Positions 13,220 through 25,164 of a DNA stretch of 64,000 nucleotides are shown here, piece by piece; positions within the stretch are counted from its first letter, which is position 1, and every line of letters starts with the position of its first letter. The stretch covers positions 27,528,001 through 27,592,000 of the forward strand of contig NC_042998.1 in the NCBI RefSeq assembly GCF_006345805.1, read 5' to 3'. Position numbers and translations under genes: made by a program. The notes under the pieces were generated by a model. It searched no databases and was not told the DNA's origin. It saw only the letters and a program-made list of their open reading frames with translations. This DNA is from Octopus sinensis (lineage: Eukaryota).

Positions 13220-14544
13220 TATATATTTAATATACAGTATATACCTAATATGTGTGTTCATATATATGTGTGTGTGTGTGTATATATATGTAAACATATA
13301 CGTGCATGCATATAAATATGTATGGATGTATAAGCATGAATATATATAATCATGAAATATGTATGCATTTTATATGTATGCATTCATATATGTACGCATG
13401 CGCATATATCGTATTTTGATGAAATGTTTTCAAAGATGTTGTTACAACAACGTTTCTCTTCTTTTATATTTCGAAACTGAAGTCTACTTTTTCTCTAAAG
13501 CCCACCGTGTTTTATTTCTGTTTATATAGAAAGAAAAACTATCCAAGGGATTTATAGAAGCTTTTCTGAGGCTGTACTGTTTGACTGGACAGTTAATCTA
13601 TTGAAATGGCGCCTAGTTTTCAGATGGTTAGCGAGACATGAAACATTTGCCGTCAAAAACACACAGACGATAAATCTTGATTGATTATAATAACATGGCG
13701 CCTACCTTTTTAGACTTATTTTCTTTTGGACAATCTTGATATAACGTATCAAATAAAAGTTGTTTTTAAAAAAGACAAGGATGAAATATCATTGATAAAA
13801 CAAGAAATAAAGTTAGAAAGGAAAAACATTTTGCCAAAAATAATTTTTACTTTTATGCAAAAATATAATCTAGAAAACTAAAATATTTTCCATTCATGGC
13901 GTCAAGAAGAAAAATGGCTGACAATAATTTGATTACAAATAGTAAACTGAAGTATCTTCCAAGATTAATTAAATATTATAGATAGAACCATGGTACACAA
14001 TACTGGTCAGTTAGTTCGAAAGATGAAAATGAATTTCCAGAATTCAGCCTCGCAGTTTTTGATATCTTAGTTACTTATTGATGTATTCACAATTCTGTCC
14101 GTTTCCTTCATCAAAAACATATTCCGTTTTTTTTTATTAGATCTTTTTCCTTAATAATTTTGGTCAGTACTCTTTCACCTTTATTCTGTTGTGTTCATAC
14201 ACGCTTCGGTGCAGCGACCGAAAATGTTCCCCGCTTTTGAACAGTACATATCGTTTTTCGCTTTCTGTCTGTTCCTCCGATAATCTATTACCCATCGCGA
14301 AGACATCGTGTTTCGAAATTAATATATTCTTGTAAATGTGAACAGTTTGTGGCTTCGAAAATTTTCTAAATAATATACAATAAATATATTTTGTCAAGCC
14401 ATGTTCTTTTGCGACAAGAGAATTTGTAAAGTCTAACCTTTGATGTCTGATTCTAATTGGTTTTCAGAGCTGTGTCATTCCCTGAATTACCAATTAAAGG
14501 AGAAATGAATTTACTTCTTCCATCTTCATATAATTCAGATGTAG

Positions 14545-14710
14545 ATGTGGGTGTGGCTGTGTAGTAAGAAGTTTGCTTCTCAACCACATGGTTTCGGGTC
14601 CGGTCTCACTACGCAACACCTTGGGCAAGTGTCTTCTACTATAGTCTCAAGCTGACCAAAGCCTTGTGAGTGGAATTGGTAGACGAGAACTGTGCGGAAG
14701 ACCGTCGTGT
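14545..14710 (+). mobile_element. SINE family B head
   Basis: GTGGCTGTGTAGTAAG...ACGAGAACTG homology. Confidence 0.75.
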
Positions 14711-14734
14711 GTATATATATATATATATATATAT

Positions 14735-15030
14735 CATGTGACCGACCAGGCCATCAGATGTTGCTACACATCGCTGGTCACAATGCGCTTCGCATTGCTT
14801 TAGCTTTCAATGACGCCACCCCGCTGACTAAGCGAGCAGGCCAACAGAAGAAAGAGTGAGAGAAACTTGTGGTGAAAGAGTACAGCAGGGATCACCACCA
14901 CCCCCTGCCGGAGCCTCGTGGAGCTTTAGGTGTTTTCGCTCCATAAACACTCAGAACGTCCGGTCTGGGAATCGAAACCGCGATCCTACGACCTCGAGTC
15001 CGCTGCCCTAACCACTGGACCACTGCGTCT

Positions 15031-15032
<2 letters not shown>
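14735..15032 (-). mobile_element. tRNA-derived SINE, family D
   Basis: Minus-strand head GGAGACGCAGTGGTCCAGTGGTTAG...GGTTTCGATTCCC (A and B boxes) followed by a non-tRNA body. Confidence 0.75.
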
Positions 15033-15085
<53 letters not shown>

Positions 15086-15509
15086 GACGACAACTGTGTG
15101 GAAGACTGTAGTATATATATATATATATACGACGGTCTTTCACACAGTTGCCTTCTACAAAATTCACTCACAAGGCTTTGGTCAGCTTGAGGCTATAGTA
15201 GAAGACATTTGCCCAAACCTTTCTACTATAGGCATAAGGCCTGAAATTTTTGGGGAGAGGGTACGTCGATCACATCGACCTCAGTACTTGACTGGTACTT
15301 AATTTATCGACCCCAAAAGGATGAAAGGCAAAGCCGACCTCGGCGGCATTTGAACGTAAAGACAGGCAAAATACCGCTAAGCATTTTTCCCGGCGTACTA
15401 ACGATTCTGTTACATTACCGCCTTAATAATAATGATAATAATAATAATGATGATGATAATAATAATGATGATGATAATAATAATTAATAATAATAATGAT
15501 AATAATAAT

Positions 15510-17000
15510 GAAGCAGAAGTAATAGGAAGAGTTATATCACAAGAATACGATGATGACCAACAAGACATTGTGAGGACACTGTCGATATATTAGTCTGAGG
15601 TTCATTGATCGACGCAAGCTCAAAGTTGAAACCGAAAAAATAGATTCGGTTCTTGGGATATACCAGGCGAGAAATATATCTGAAAATAACGAGATTATTT
15701 GGGCTGCAGCTATGTTTGCTGCAGATAGAGTTGGATACAAAAGAAAAGAACAAACATAACGTAAAGAGCGATTCTGGCGTAGAAGAATTTGTGAGAAATA
15801 AACAAAGTTGAAAAGGCATTTAGAACAAGTTGATAGATTGAGAAGAAGGGAATTGCAGAATGAAAGCATAAGAATAATGCTTGAAAGAACATATAGAATA
15901 AGAGATAAAGGTTATGATGTGATATTGGAAGAATTGAAACAAAGAATAGTAGCAATCAAAGCAAAATTGGAAAGATATGACAATAGAAAAAGACAGTTCA
16001 AACAAAACACAGATTGCTTGAAGCAAATCAGAATTGTTTCAGGAACTAGGTGGGCAAATACCCATAACAATGATATCAGATGCAGAGGAAAGCAGGGCAT
16101 TCTGGAGAGGGATCTAAGACCAACCTACAGAGTATAATGATGAAGCAGAGTGGCTGCATGAAATCCAAGATAGGTTAAGAAATATGGAAGTCCAAGAAGA
16201 CATAAAGATAACTACAGAAATGATAAAAAAAGCTGTTAAGAACATTCCCAAATTGGAAGAGCTCAGGACCGGATGGGGTCCAAGGTTATTGGATGAAGAA
16301 GCTGAGAGGGATTCATGAAAAGATAGCACAATAGCTGGATGACAAAGGGAAAGATATTGTTATATGCCAAGGATTCTGAAAAGGGAAATGTTGCATCAAA
16401 CTTTAGACCAGTAACATGCCTTCCGTTAATGTGGAAACTAATGTCAGGTGCTCTGGCCGGTGAACTTTACAGATACTGGGAAAAAAAGTAGGCTGCTAAC
16501 CATTCAACAGAAAGGTTGCCGAAAAAAGAGCCGGGGAACGAAGGATTAGATTATCGTAAAGCATACGATATGATACTACACTCCTGGATAATAAGAGCAA
16601 TGGAGACGTATAGAGTAGCAGAGAATATAAGAAGCCTTATATGGAATAGCATGAAATGCTGGAGAACAGAATGGACAGCAGGGAAGCAAGTACTAGGGGA
16701 GGTGAAAATCAAGCGAGGAATCTTTCAGTGGGACAGTATCCCCCCGCTGATATTCGTGCTGGGAATGATCCTCTTAAATGAAATACTACAGAAAAAAAAG
16801 TTGGGGTATGATCTGGGAAGAGGTAAAGGAAAACTAAACCACTTGCTATTCATGGACGACTTGAAGCTATTCACAAAAAATGAGGTAGAACTGGACAGCC
16901 TAGCCCAGTCTGTGGATTTTCTCCAATGATATTAAGATGGAGTTTGGACTCTCAAAATGTGCTGCGATGGTAATGAGACAAGGAAAGCTTGCCAGGACAG
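15510..17000 (+). mobile_element. Dong/R4-clade LINE remnant with reverse transcriptase domain
   Basis: DYRKAYDM, IKRGIFQWDS, NHLLFMDDLKL and MEFGLSKCA motifs (ORFs 16516-16929 and 16937-); upstream frameshifts; abuts an (AAT/GAT)n tract. Confidence 0.9.
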
Positions 17001-17999
17001 AAGGCATATATCGACCCCAGTGCAAAACTGATACTTATTTAATCGACCCCGAAAGGATGAAAGGCAAAGTCGACCTCGGCGGAATTCGAACTCTGAATGT
17101 AACGGCAGACAAAATAAAAAGATGAAAGTATATTAACATCATCAAAGTCCGTGGCTATATACGATATAATTTTATTCCATAAGTTCTCCAATACACAGAC
17201 GTCTGTCTTAAAATACAACACAGATTGTTTTTGGCTGCATCAGTATTGAAATGGACGAACGAAATACCAGATACAAATTCTATTATTGCTAAGTTTTCAT
17301 GTAGTTTCAGTTTCAAGCCTCGCATCTTTTTGTAGCTCTTAAAACATCCTGATATAATAATATTTCTTCGTAGATGTCTTTGACAAGCAGGAAACTATTT
17401 CATTTTCTTACCATTCATTACGACACGATCTGCGTAATTTTCCACGTACTTTCAACAGCAAGAAATATTCTTACGAATGCCGCAATATATTTTAGTATTT
17501 CAAACATAACTTTTCAGCTAATAATGTCAAATGCTTTCTTGAAATAAACGCGGTAACAATGAACCTGGATAACTCAATAATATTCTCCTACATGCCTTTT
17601 AACACATGTATTTGCTCTGTAGAGCTTCAAGATGGTCGGAAGCCATTTTGTATTATGAATAAAGAGATAGCCATCATTGACTTTATTCTCGCTAGTACAC
17701 ACTTTTCAGCAATTTCGCAGCTTGGTTCACCAGGGAAATTCATGAATAGTTATCCAAGTTATGAAAGCCTTCATCCTTTGGGAATAGGAAGATAATGCTT
17801 CCTTTTCCCTCTTTAGGCATTATATCACATTATATAATGGGATTAGAAAGTTTCAGAACTATTCTTTGAGAGTTCTTATGCGCACTTGAATGCTTTATTG
17901 ATCGCTGGTCTGTTTGACTACAGGTCTTTTCACTGACCAGATGCTTGATTACATATTTTGTATATATATATATATATAAACATAAATACATACATAAAA

Positions 18000-18042
<43 letters not shown>

Positions 18043-18289
18043 ATATATATATATATTTATAATTAATCAATATAGGGTGGCAAAAAAAATTTTGTAGAAT
18101 TTTTTTGCCACCAGCGGCCTAGTGGGAAAAAATTAAATAGTCATAGACCTTTTTTAAGTTCAACATCAACAATCAAGGAACGGCCATAATAGGCCATCAC
18201 CCACTAGAAATAACAGCCAAAGCTTCAACGCAAATAAAAATCAATTCCGTAAAACAGAGGAGAAAATTTAAAAAAACATTTACCCTGTA

Positions 18290-18395
18290 ATTTCTTATAC
18301 GATGCACCGTTTCATCTGCTGTTTAATGGTAAACTAACCTGATTAATTAAATCAAGCCAATCTTCCATAGGCCCTCAGATTCTTCAGTAAGAAAT
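18290..18395 (-). ncRNA. Type I hammerhead ribozyme, copy 1
   Basis: ATTTCTTA-CTGAAGA-ATCTG...CAGAT-GAAA-CGGTGCATCG-TA-TAAGAAAT; 8-bp stem I and intact core. Confidence 0.85.
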
Positions 18396-18582
18396 AGCCC
18401 AAGTCGGAACAGATATTTTCACGAGGCATTTCCGACCCTGCCAAGGTAATATCTGACCTAAAATTTCAAATCATCGCACTCGCGCCAAATTTATCGGCAG
18501 CAAATAAATATAAGCCGTCGATTCCATTACGGAATTAACCAGAAAATTCATAATTAATCAATATAGGGTGGCAAAAAAAGCT

Positions 18583-18688
18583 ATTTCTTACTGAAGAATC
18601 TGAGGGCCTATGGAAGATTGGCTTGATTTAATTTAATCAGGTTAGTTTACCATTAAACAGCAGATGAAACGGGCATCGTATAAGAAAT
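18583..18688 (+). ncRNA. Type I hammerhead ribozyme, copy 2
   Basis: Core CTGAAGA 18591-18597, GAAA 18666-18669, predicted GUA cleavage after 18680; one T missing in the stem III loop. Confidence 0.82.
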
Positions 18689-19073
18689 TACAGGGTAAAT
18701 TTTTTTAAATTTTCTCCGTTTACGGAATTGATTTTTATTTGCGGTTGAAGCTTTGGCTGTTATTTCTAGTGGGTGAATGGCCTATTATGGCCGTTCCTTG
18801 ATTGTTGATGTTGAACTTAAAAATGGTCTATGACTATTTAATTTTTTCCCCACTAGGCCCGCTGGTGGCAAAAAAAATTCTACAAAATTTTTTTTGCCAC
18901 CCTATATTGATTAATTATGAATTTTCTGGTTAATTCCGTAATGGAATCGACGGCTTATATTTATTTGCTGCCGATAAATTTGGCGCGAGTGCGATGATTT
19001 GAAAATTTTAGGTCAGATATACCTGGGCAGGGTCGGAAATGCCTCCTGAAAATATCTGTTCCGACATGGGCTA

Positions 19074-19174
19074 TTCTTACTGAAGAATCTGAGGGCTATG
19101 GAAGATTGGCTGATTTAATTTAATCAGGTTAGTTTACCATTAAACAGCAGATGAAACGGTGCATCGTATAAGAA
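19074..19174 (+). ncRNA. Type I hammerhead ribozyme, copy 3
   Basis: Core CTGAAGA 19080-19086, GAAACGGTGCATCGTA, predicted cleavage after 19168; stem I TTCTTA/TAAGAA. Confidence 0.85.
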
Positions 19175-19500
19175 ATTACAGGGTAAATGTTTTTTAAATT
19201 TTCTCCTGTTTACGGAATTGATTTTTATTTGCGGTTGAAGCTTTGGCTGTTATTTCTAGTGGGTGAATGGCCTATTATGGCCGTTCCTTGATTATTGATA
19301 TATATATATATATATATTTACATTATATATATATATATTTACATAATCTATATATAAACATAATACATCTATACATATATATATATATATAATATACGCA
19401 TTTATGTGTTATATACAGTTATATATGCAATATATGCACTTATATATAAGCTATTTTTATCTGTCTGTCTGTCTGTATATAGATACACACATATGCATAC

Positions 19501-19533
<33 letters not shown>

Positions 19534-19536
19534 ATA

Positions 19537-19565
<29 letters not shown>

Positions 19566-19567
<2 letters not shown>

Positions 19568-19718
19568 CTTGGCTGTGGTAAGAAGCTTGTTTCCCATCCA
19601 CGTGGTTCCGGGTTCAGTCCCACTGCATGGTACCTGGGCAAGTGTCTACTATTATAGCTTTGGGCCGACCAAAGCCTTCTGAGTGAATTTGGTCGACGGA
19701 AACTGAAAGAATCCCGTC

Positions 19719-19788
<70 letters not shown>

Positions 19789-20116
19789 ACCCATTTAAAT
19801 TCTGTTGGATTTTACTCATAAGGTATTGGAATCTTACATGTATACCATTCTGCCTAAAAAAAATGGATCTACAAATTGAATATCCCTACATATCTCACAT
19901 CTATTTTCTTTCCTCCACTTCACTCTATATTTTGTATCCTATCTAAATTAACCATTACTTAACCATCCTCTCACACCGTGTCCGATGAAGGGATATAATT
20001 GATAAATATCCTGGAAACAGCTGTAAGACCTATCTATAAATGTTCTATCTACACAGCCTTGGTTTTTTTTTATCTCATTACGTAAAAATTCTTATATATA
20101 TATATGTATATATTTA

Positions 20117-20166
<50 letters not shown>

Positions 20167-20390
20167 TGTGTGTGTGTGTGTGTGTTTATGTTAGTCCCCC
20201 CGCCGTCGCTTGACAACCGATGCTGGTGTGTTTGTTTCCGTGTCTTAGCGGTTCGGCAAAAGAGATTGATAGAATAAGTACTAGGCTTACAAAGAATAAG
20301 CCCCGGGGTCGATTTCTCCGACTAAAACCATTTAAGGCGGTGCTCCAGCATGGCCGCAGTCAAATGACAGAAAGAAGTAAAATAATAAAC
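19566..20390 (+). mobile_element. SINE family B split at its internal microsatellite
   Basis: Head at 19566-19720 and tail at 20180-20390, with an unrelated block of about 300 bp between them. Confidence 0.75.
19978..20030 (+). ncRNA. Degenerate hammerhead-like motif (CCGATGA core)
   Basis: CCGATGA-A-GGGATAT...ATATCCT-G-GAAA-CAGCTG-TA; stem I not supported. Confidence 0.4.
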
Positions 20391-20497
20391 GAATATATGT
20401 GCGTATACATAATTTTATGTATACAACTACATTTATTATATCCATATATACCCGTATGCATGCATCTCTCTGACCGTCTGTCTGTATCTACCTCAAC

Positions 20498-20528
<31 letters not shown>

Positions 20529-21095
20529 TATACATGTGTGTGTGTAACTTTGTTCTTCAAATGTACTAGTAAATCATTTAGACGCAAGAATGCACAGTGA
20601 ACTGGTTTCAGTTCTGTACTAACTGAATAACAAACATTTCAAGGCATTTATTAAAGTAAAATATATTTTACTTTAATATATAGGGCTTGAAATGTGCTTT
20701 GAAATTTAGGCAGAGTATGTATAATAATATATATAGCATTGGATCCAGTCCACTGCAGATTCTCGTAAATTTCTTGCTTCAAAGAAAATATTCCTCGTTT
20801 ATTCTGAGAAATAGTTATATCAGTTGCTTTTAGTATAGCAGCCAACTCTAATTCTATACTTATTGATGCACTCTGCACTGAAAACTTTACATAAATTTGA
20901 GAAGTTAGAGTTTTATGAAGTTTCTTGATTTTGTTCTAGTGCGAGTGTATAAATAGTTTATCTTATTTAGTTATTTTTCAATTGATAAAGTTTCGGGTAG
21001 CACTTTTACTAGTGCTGTACGTTTGCAGAAACAAAATGTGTCCGTTATGAGACATATTTTATTTGACTGTCTCGACGCATATATAGTTGGCTTAC

Positions 21096-21126
<31 letters not shown>

Positions 21127-21892
21127 TATATATGTACGTACGTACATATGTATACATGTATTTATGCATGCATGTATATGTGTATGTCCAAATTGAGAGA
21201 GTGAAGCAGTAAAATCCAGGTACATATGTTTTCTGGGAACTTACCTTTTCTAGCCTGGAATTTACCTTTTCTGCTTCATCATTTTGGACTTTTATTCGCA
21301 TTCATAGCAACTCTAGTTGCTAACCGTGAGCTATACACAAAACTTTTCAGCTTATCGAACTTCGATCTGCAAAAGCCTACAACCTTCGACCTTCGATGCT
21401 AATAAATTATTTTTGTTCCTGTACATTGTTTATTCTTACCTACCATGGACTGCTCGAACCTTACAAACTTCCTACACTTAGGGCCTTGGATCTCACAGTT
21501 AATTACACACACACACACATACACACTAAGGTCAGGTGGGGTGGGAAGTTGGGGTATTTCCAGAGAAGCACCCGACCCGAATACTGGGCTATCAGTACTC
21601 TCGGGTAAAAATACAGCTTTGATCCAAGTCTGATGAAGTGCCTCTCTAATGTCTAAAACCGCAAATATTACGTGATTTTTCATTTAGCATTTTCGCGTAA
21701 ACTGGAGAGGGTACGGAAACAATTGTGTTAAAGAATTTTCCTTGTCTTCTTTTTTTCATTATGTGTCTATATATATATATATATGAATTTAAATTTTAGA
21801 TTTTCTTGAGAACAATCGTTTCTTAGTGGTAAGACCATAAGGGGTCTATTTCTAGCATAATGGATGTCCACTTAGTGGTCAACCCTCTTATA

Positions 21893-21923
<31 letters not shown>

Positions 21924-22295
21924 TAGTTGAAGACAGGTGTATTAGTTTGACGCTCGGGAAGGCGAGAAAGTCTTTTACGTTTCGAGCCTATGCTCTTCAA
22001 CAGAAAGGAACACAATGAAATAAACAAAGAGAGAGAATTAAGAAAAAACTTCTGGATTTAGCGGTCAATCATATATATATATATATATATCATAATAAAA
22101 TATAGATATAAATTGTCAATAAGTTTATATGCGTACTTTTGATAAATGCTTATTTAGCCTCACTCTATAAACTATATAGCTAAATCATAGAGTTCTCTTC
22201 TGCAGGACAAACTTAAGAGTAGCTCGGCTAGTGCCAGCAGGTTATTGTAGGCTCATCTGGCTATCTGTCTGTCTGTCTGTTTGCCTGTCTGTCTG

Positions 22296-22364
<69 letters not shown>

Positions 22365-22689
22365 CGTATGTCTGTCTGTCCGCTTGTCCATTCATTCATC
22401 CATTTGCTTAGGACATGTTTTTCTTTTCGTGGGAACGACCTTAGTCACAAGCCAAATAAAGACCTTAGCCCTTACAGAAGTTGAGTCTTAAAATATCTAT
22501 TTATTGATACGACGTTAAGAAATTCGTTTCACTCATTTTTTAGTTTCTTCAGAGCTTATGAGAAAAATCTTATTGGTGAGTTGCCAATATAATTTAGAAA
22601 GGAGGACTCCATTGGCATGGAAATGGAGCAGAATTTGAAAGCATGACAATTTAATTTCATATTTAGAAAAAAACTCTATCTAAGGATCG

Positions 22690-23295
22690 GCATTCAATTT
22701 TTTAATTATTAGTTTGGCAAAAAACCCCAGTTCCTTTTTTTTAAAGCGAAAATAAAAGACAAGTTTTAAACACAAAGCGAGTTATTCTATCAATGGTATA
22801 ATTATCGTTTAAGGCGGCGAGCTGGCAGAATCGTTAGCACGCCGTGCGAAATGCGTAGCCGTATTTCGTCTGCCGTTACGTTCTGAGTTCAAATTCCGCC
22901 GAGGTCGACTTTGCCTTTTATCCTTTGAGGGTCGATTAAATAGGTACCAGTTACGCACTGGGGTCGATGTAATCGACTTAATCCGTTTGTCTGTCCTTGT
23001 TTGCCCCCTCTGTGTTTGGCCCCTAGTGGGTAGTAAAGAAACAGGTATAATTATCGTTTCGTTCCAGTATCTTCTGTCATCTTGTGGGTAGACCCTTTAT
23101 TTTCTGCTCAAAGAAATCTTGTTCTTACTGGTAAAAAACACTTCTAGGTGAATTTTTACATCCTCTTCAGAATTGAAGGTCTGTCCATTCATTGAATTTA
23201 GGACAGACCGGAACAGCTGAAAATCTGAAAGCGCAAGGTCGGGCAAATATGGAAGTGCGGTAAAACTTCCCAGCCCAACCCCTGTAAGTTTTGGT
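22690..23295 (-). mobile_element. Mariner transposase C-terminal remnant with SINE insertion
   Basis: PYLPDLALSDFQLFRSV (YSPDLAPSD-like motif) in ORF 23097-23306. Confidence 0.8.
22811..23043 (+). mobile_element. SINE family A, full length
   Basis: Intact head; 16-bp TSD GGTATAATTATCGTTT at 22795-22810 and 23044-23059. Confidence 0.95.
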
Positions 23296-24159
23296 GGCGT
23301 CTGCAAAGAATTCCAGTTTTAACATATTTTAAAAAAAATCAAAATGCGGTTTTGAAGATTCTACACGCTTCAATCACATTTTCAATTTACTGCGGTGTAG
23401 TGTTTTTTAACGTCTGTTTTTACTGTTGCAAATATAAAGGTTGCCCAAATATTTGTAGCGCTTCTTTCTACTACAAATTAAAAGTTTAATTCAGCGTTAG
23501 CCAAATTATGTTGATTCTGATATCCTTTCATATTTGTAAGTTGCCATTGAAGGAATGGCAAGCTGAATAAGTAAAGCGGTTTTAATTTACTTACGTCAGT
23601 TGATTTTTTTCTACAAAAGGTGCTCCACCCCCAAATTTGTTTCCTCATATTTTACTGAAGAATGTTTTAATGAAATTTTCTACAAAAATCTTTTACATAG
23701 AATAGATTACGATTACATAGAAATTTAATGTGGGAAAATTGGGAGGGAGAGATTTCACCATCTCGACTTTGTTTTCTCGATTCGTTCTAATGATCGAATT
23801 ACAAGTATGTTGAAAAAAAAAACAACTTTTGAGGACTATTCTACACTTTACCGGAAATTCTCTTAAAGAAATCCTTGTTGAAAGGGCTGTGCAAAACTAA
23901 CTCTAATTATAGAGCGCATGTTTCTTTCATTATTTTAGCGTAATATTAATCTCTCTCTGTTTTAAACAAATTCAAAGGTGGTCCGCCTCTTGTGGTCGTT
24001 TCGCATGTTAGAAATATCACGGATCTCAAAAGTGATTTTTTCCCCAACGTAATTCTAATTAAAATCACCAAAGGTCGAGATGCGTGGAATATCCGTCTCC
24101 TCACCATTTTTTTCCACATAAAATTCCTATGTAATCGTGATCTGGAAATTATATACTCT

Positions 24160-24385
24160 TACTCTTTTACTCTTTTACTTGTTTCAGTCATTTGACTGCG
24201 GCCATGCTGGAGCACCGCCTTTAATCGAGCAAATCAACCCCGGGACTTATTCTTTGTAAGCCCAGTACTTATTCTATCGGTCTCTTTTGCCGAACCGCTA
24301 AGTAACGGGGACATAAACACACCAGCATCGTTTGTCAAGCAATGTTGGGGGGACAAACACAGACACACAAACATATACACAAACA

Positions 24386-24432
<47 letters not shown>

Positions 24433-24588
24433 CGACGGGCTTCTTTCAGTTTCCGTCTACCAAATCCACTCACAAGGCAATGGTCGGCCCGAGGCTATAG
24501 CAGAAGACACTTGCCCAAGATGCCACGCAGTGGGACTGAACCCAGAACCATGTGGTTGGTTAGCAAGCTACTTACCACACAGCCACTA
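24160..24588 (-). mobile_element. SINE family B, near full length
   Basis: Tail, (TA)n tract and head in reverse orientation. Confidence 0.9.
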
Positions 24589-25070
24589 CATTTCATTAAA
24601 AAATACCAGTTTTTTCTGAAAGCTATGAGGAAATAAAATTGAGGCGTGTGAGTGATCCGAAACTCCTCTTCCAAAATGGTCTTTCACCATGAATTTCTAT
24701 ACAATTGTATTCTGCATCATCAGAAAAGTATTTGTAGAAACTTTAATAAATATCCATTATTTAGAAAGTTATGTGGAAACAAATTCGGCGGGGAACATTT
24801 CTGCAGTCATGCCATTAATTTACTGAGCGAATGATAAAGGATTCAAAGAAAAATTAGATGTAACATAGAAAATTTAGAAAAACTGGGAATCAGACGTGTA
24901 AATAAAATTCAGCAACAAGCAGAAAACCTCTCGGAGGGCGGTCTTTCTGCTAGTTATATTAGAAATACTAGTGTACACACTCTATTACTTCATATATGAG
25001 CTTTTTTTTCATGTGCATTTTTCGATAACTATACCTCACTCACACACACACACACGCACACACACACACA

Positions 25071-25101
<31 letters not shown>

Positions 25102-25118
25102 CCACACACACACACACA

Positions 25119-25164
<46 letters not shown>

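Larger units (their letters stand above)
18059..19299. mobile_element. Retrozyme-like non-coding element: about 490-bp tandem unit, head-to-head arms
   Basis: Left arm 18059-18580 (minus sense, start motif repeated at 18550); right arm 18581-19299 (plus sense, repeated from 19071); three hammerheads; no ORF in the track; (TA)n on both flanks. Confidence 0.85.

Noticed and set aside
14965-15032. tRNA-like sequences here and at other SINE heads
   Set aside because: They have A and B boxes but run on into multi-copy SINE bodies without a complete cloverleaf. No tRNA gene is called.
18059-19299. Explanation of the whole element as a long-read fold-back artefact
   Set aside because: The arms are asymmetric, start at different phases of the unit, and the flanks are not mirrored. 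However, the single-base indels between copies may be unpolished read errors, so I do not interpret them as evolution.
24678-24727. CTGATGA...GAAA-TTCA-TGG-TGAA on the minus strand
   Set aside because: No U at position 16.1, no NUH site and no stem I.
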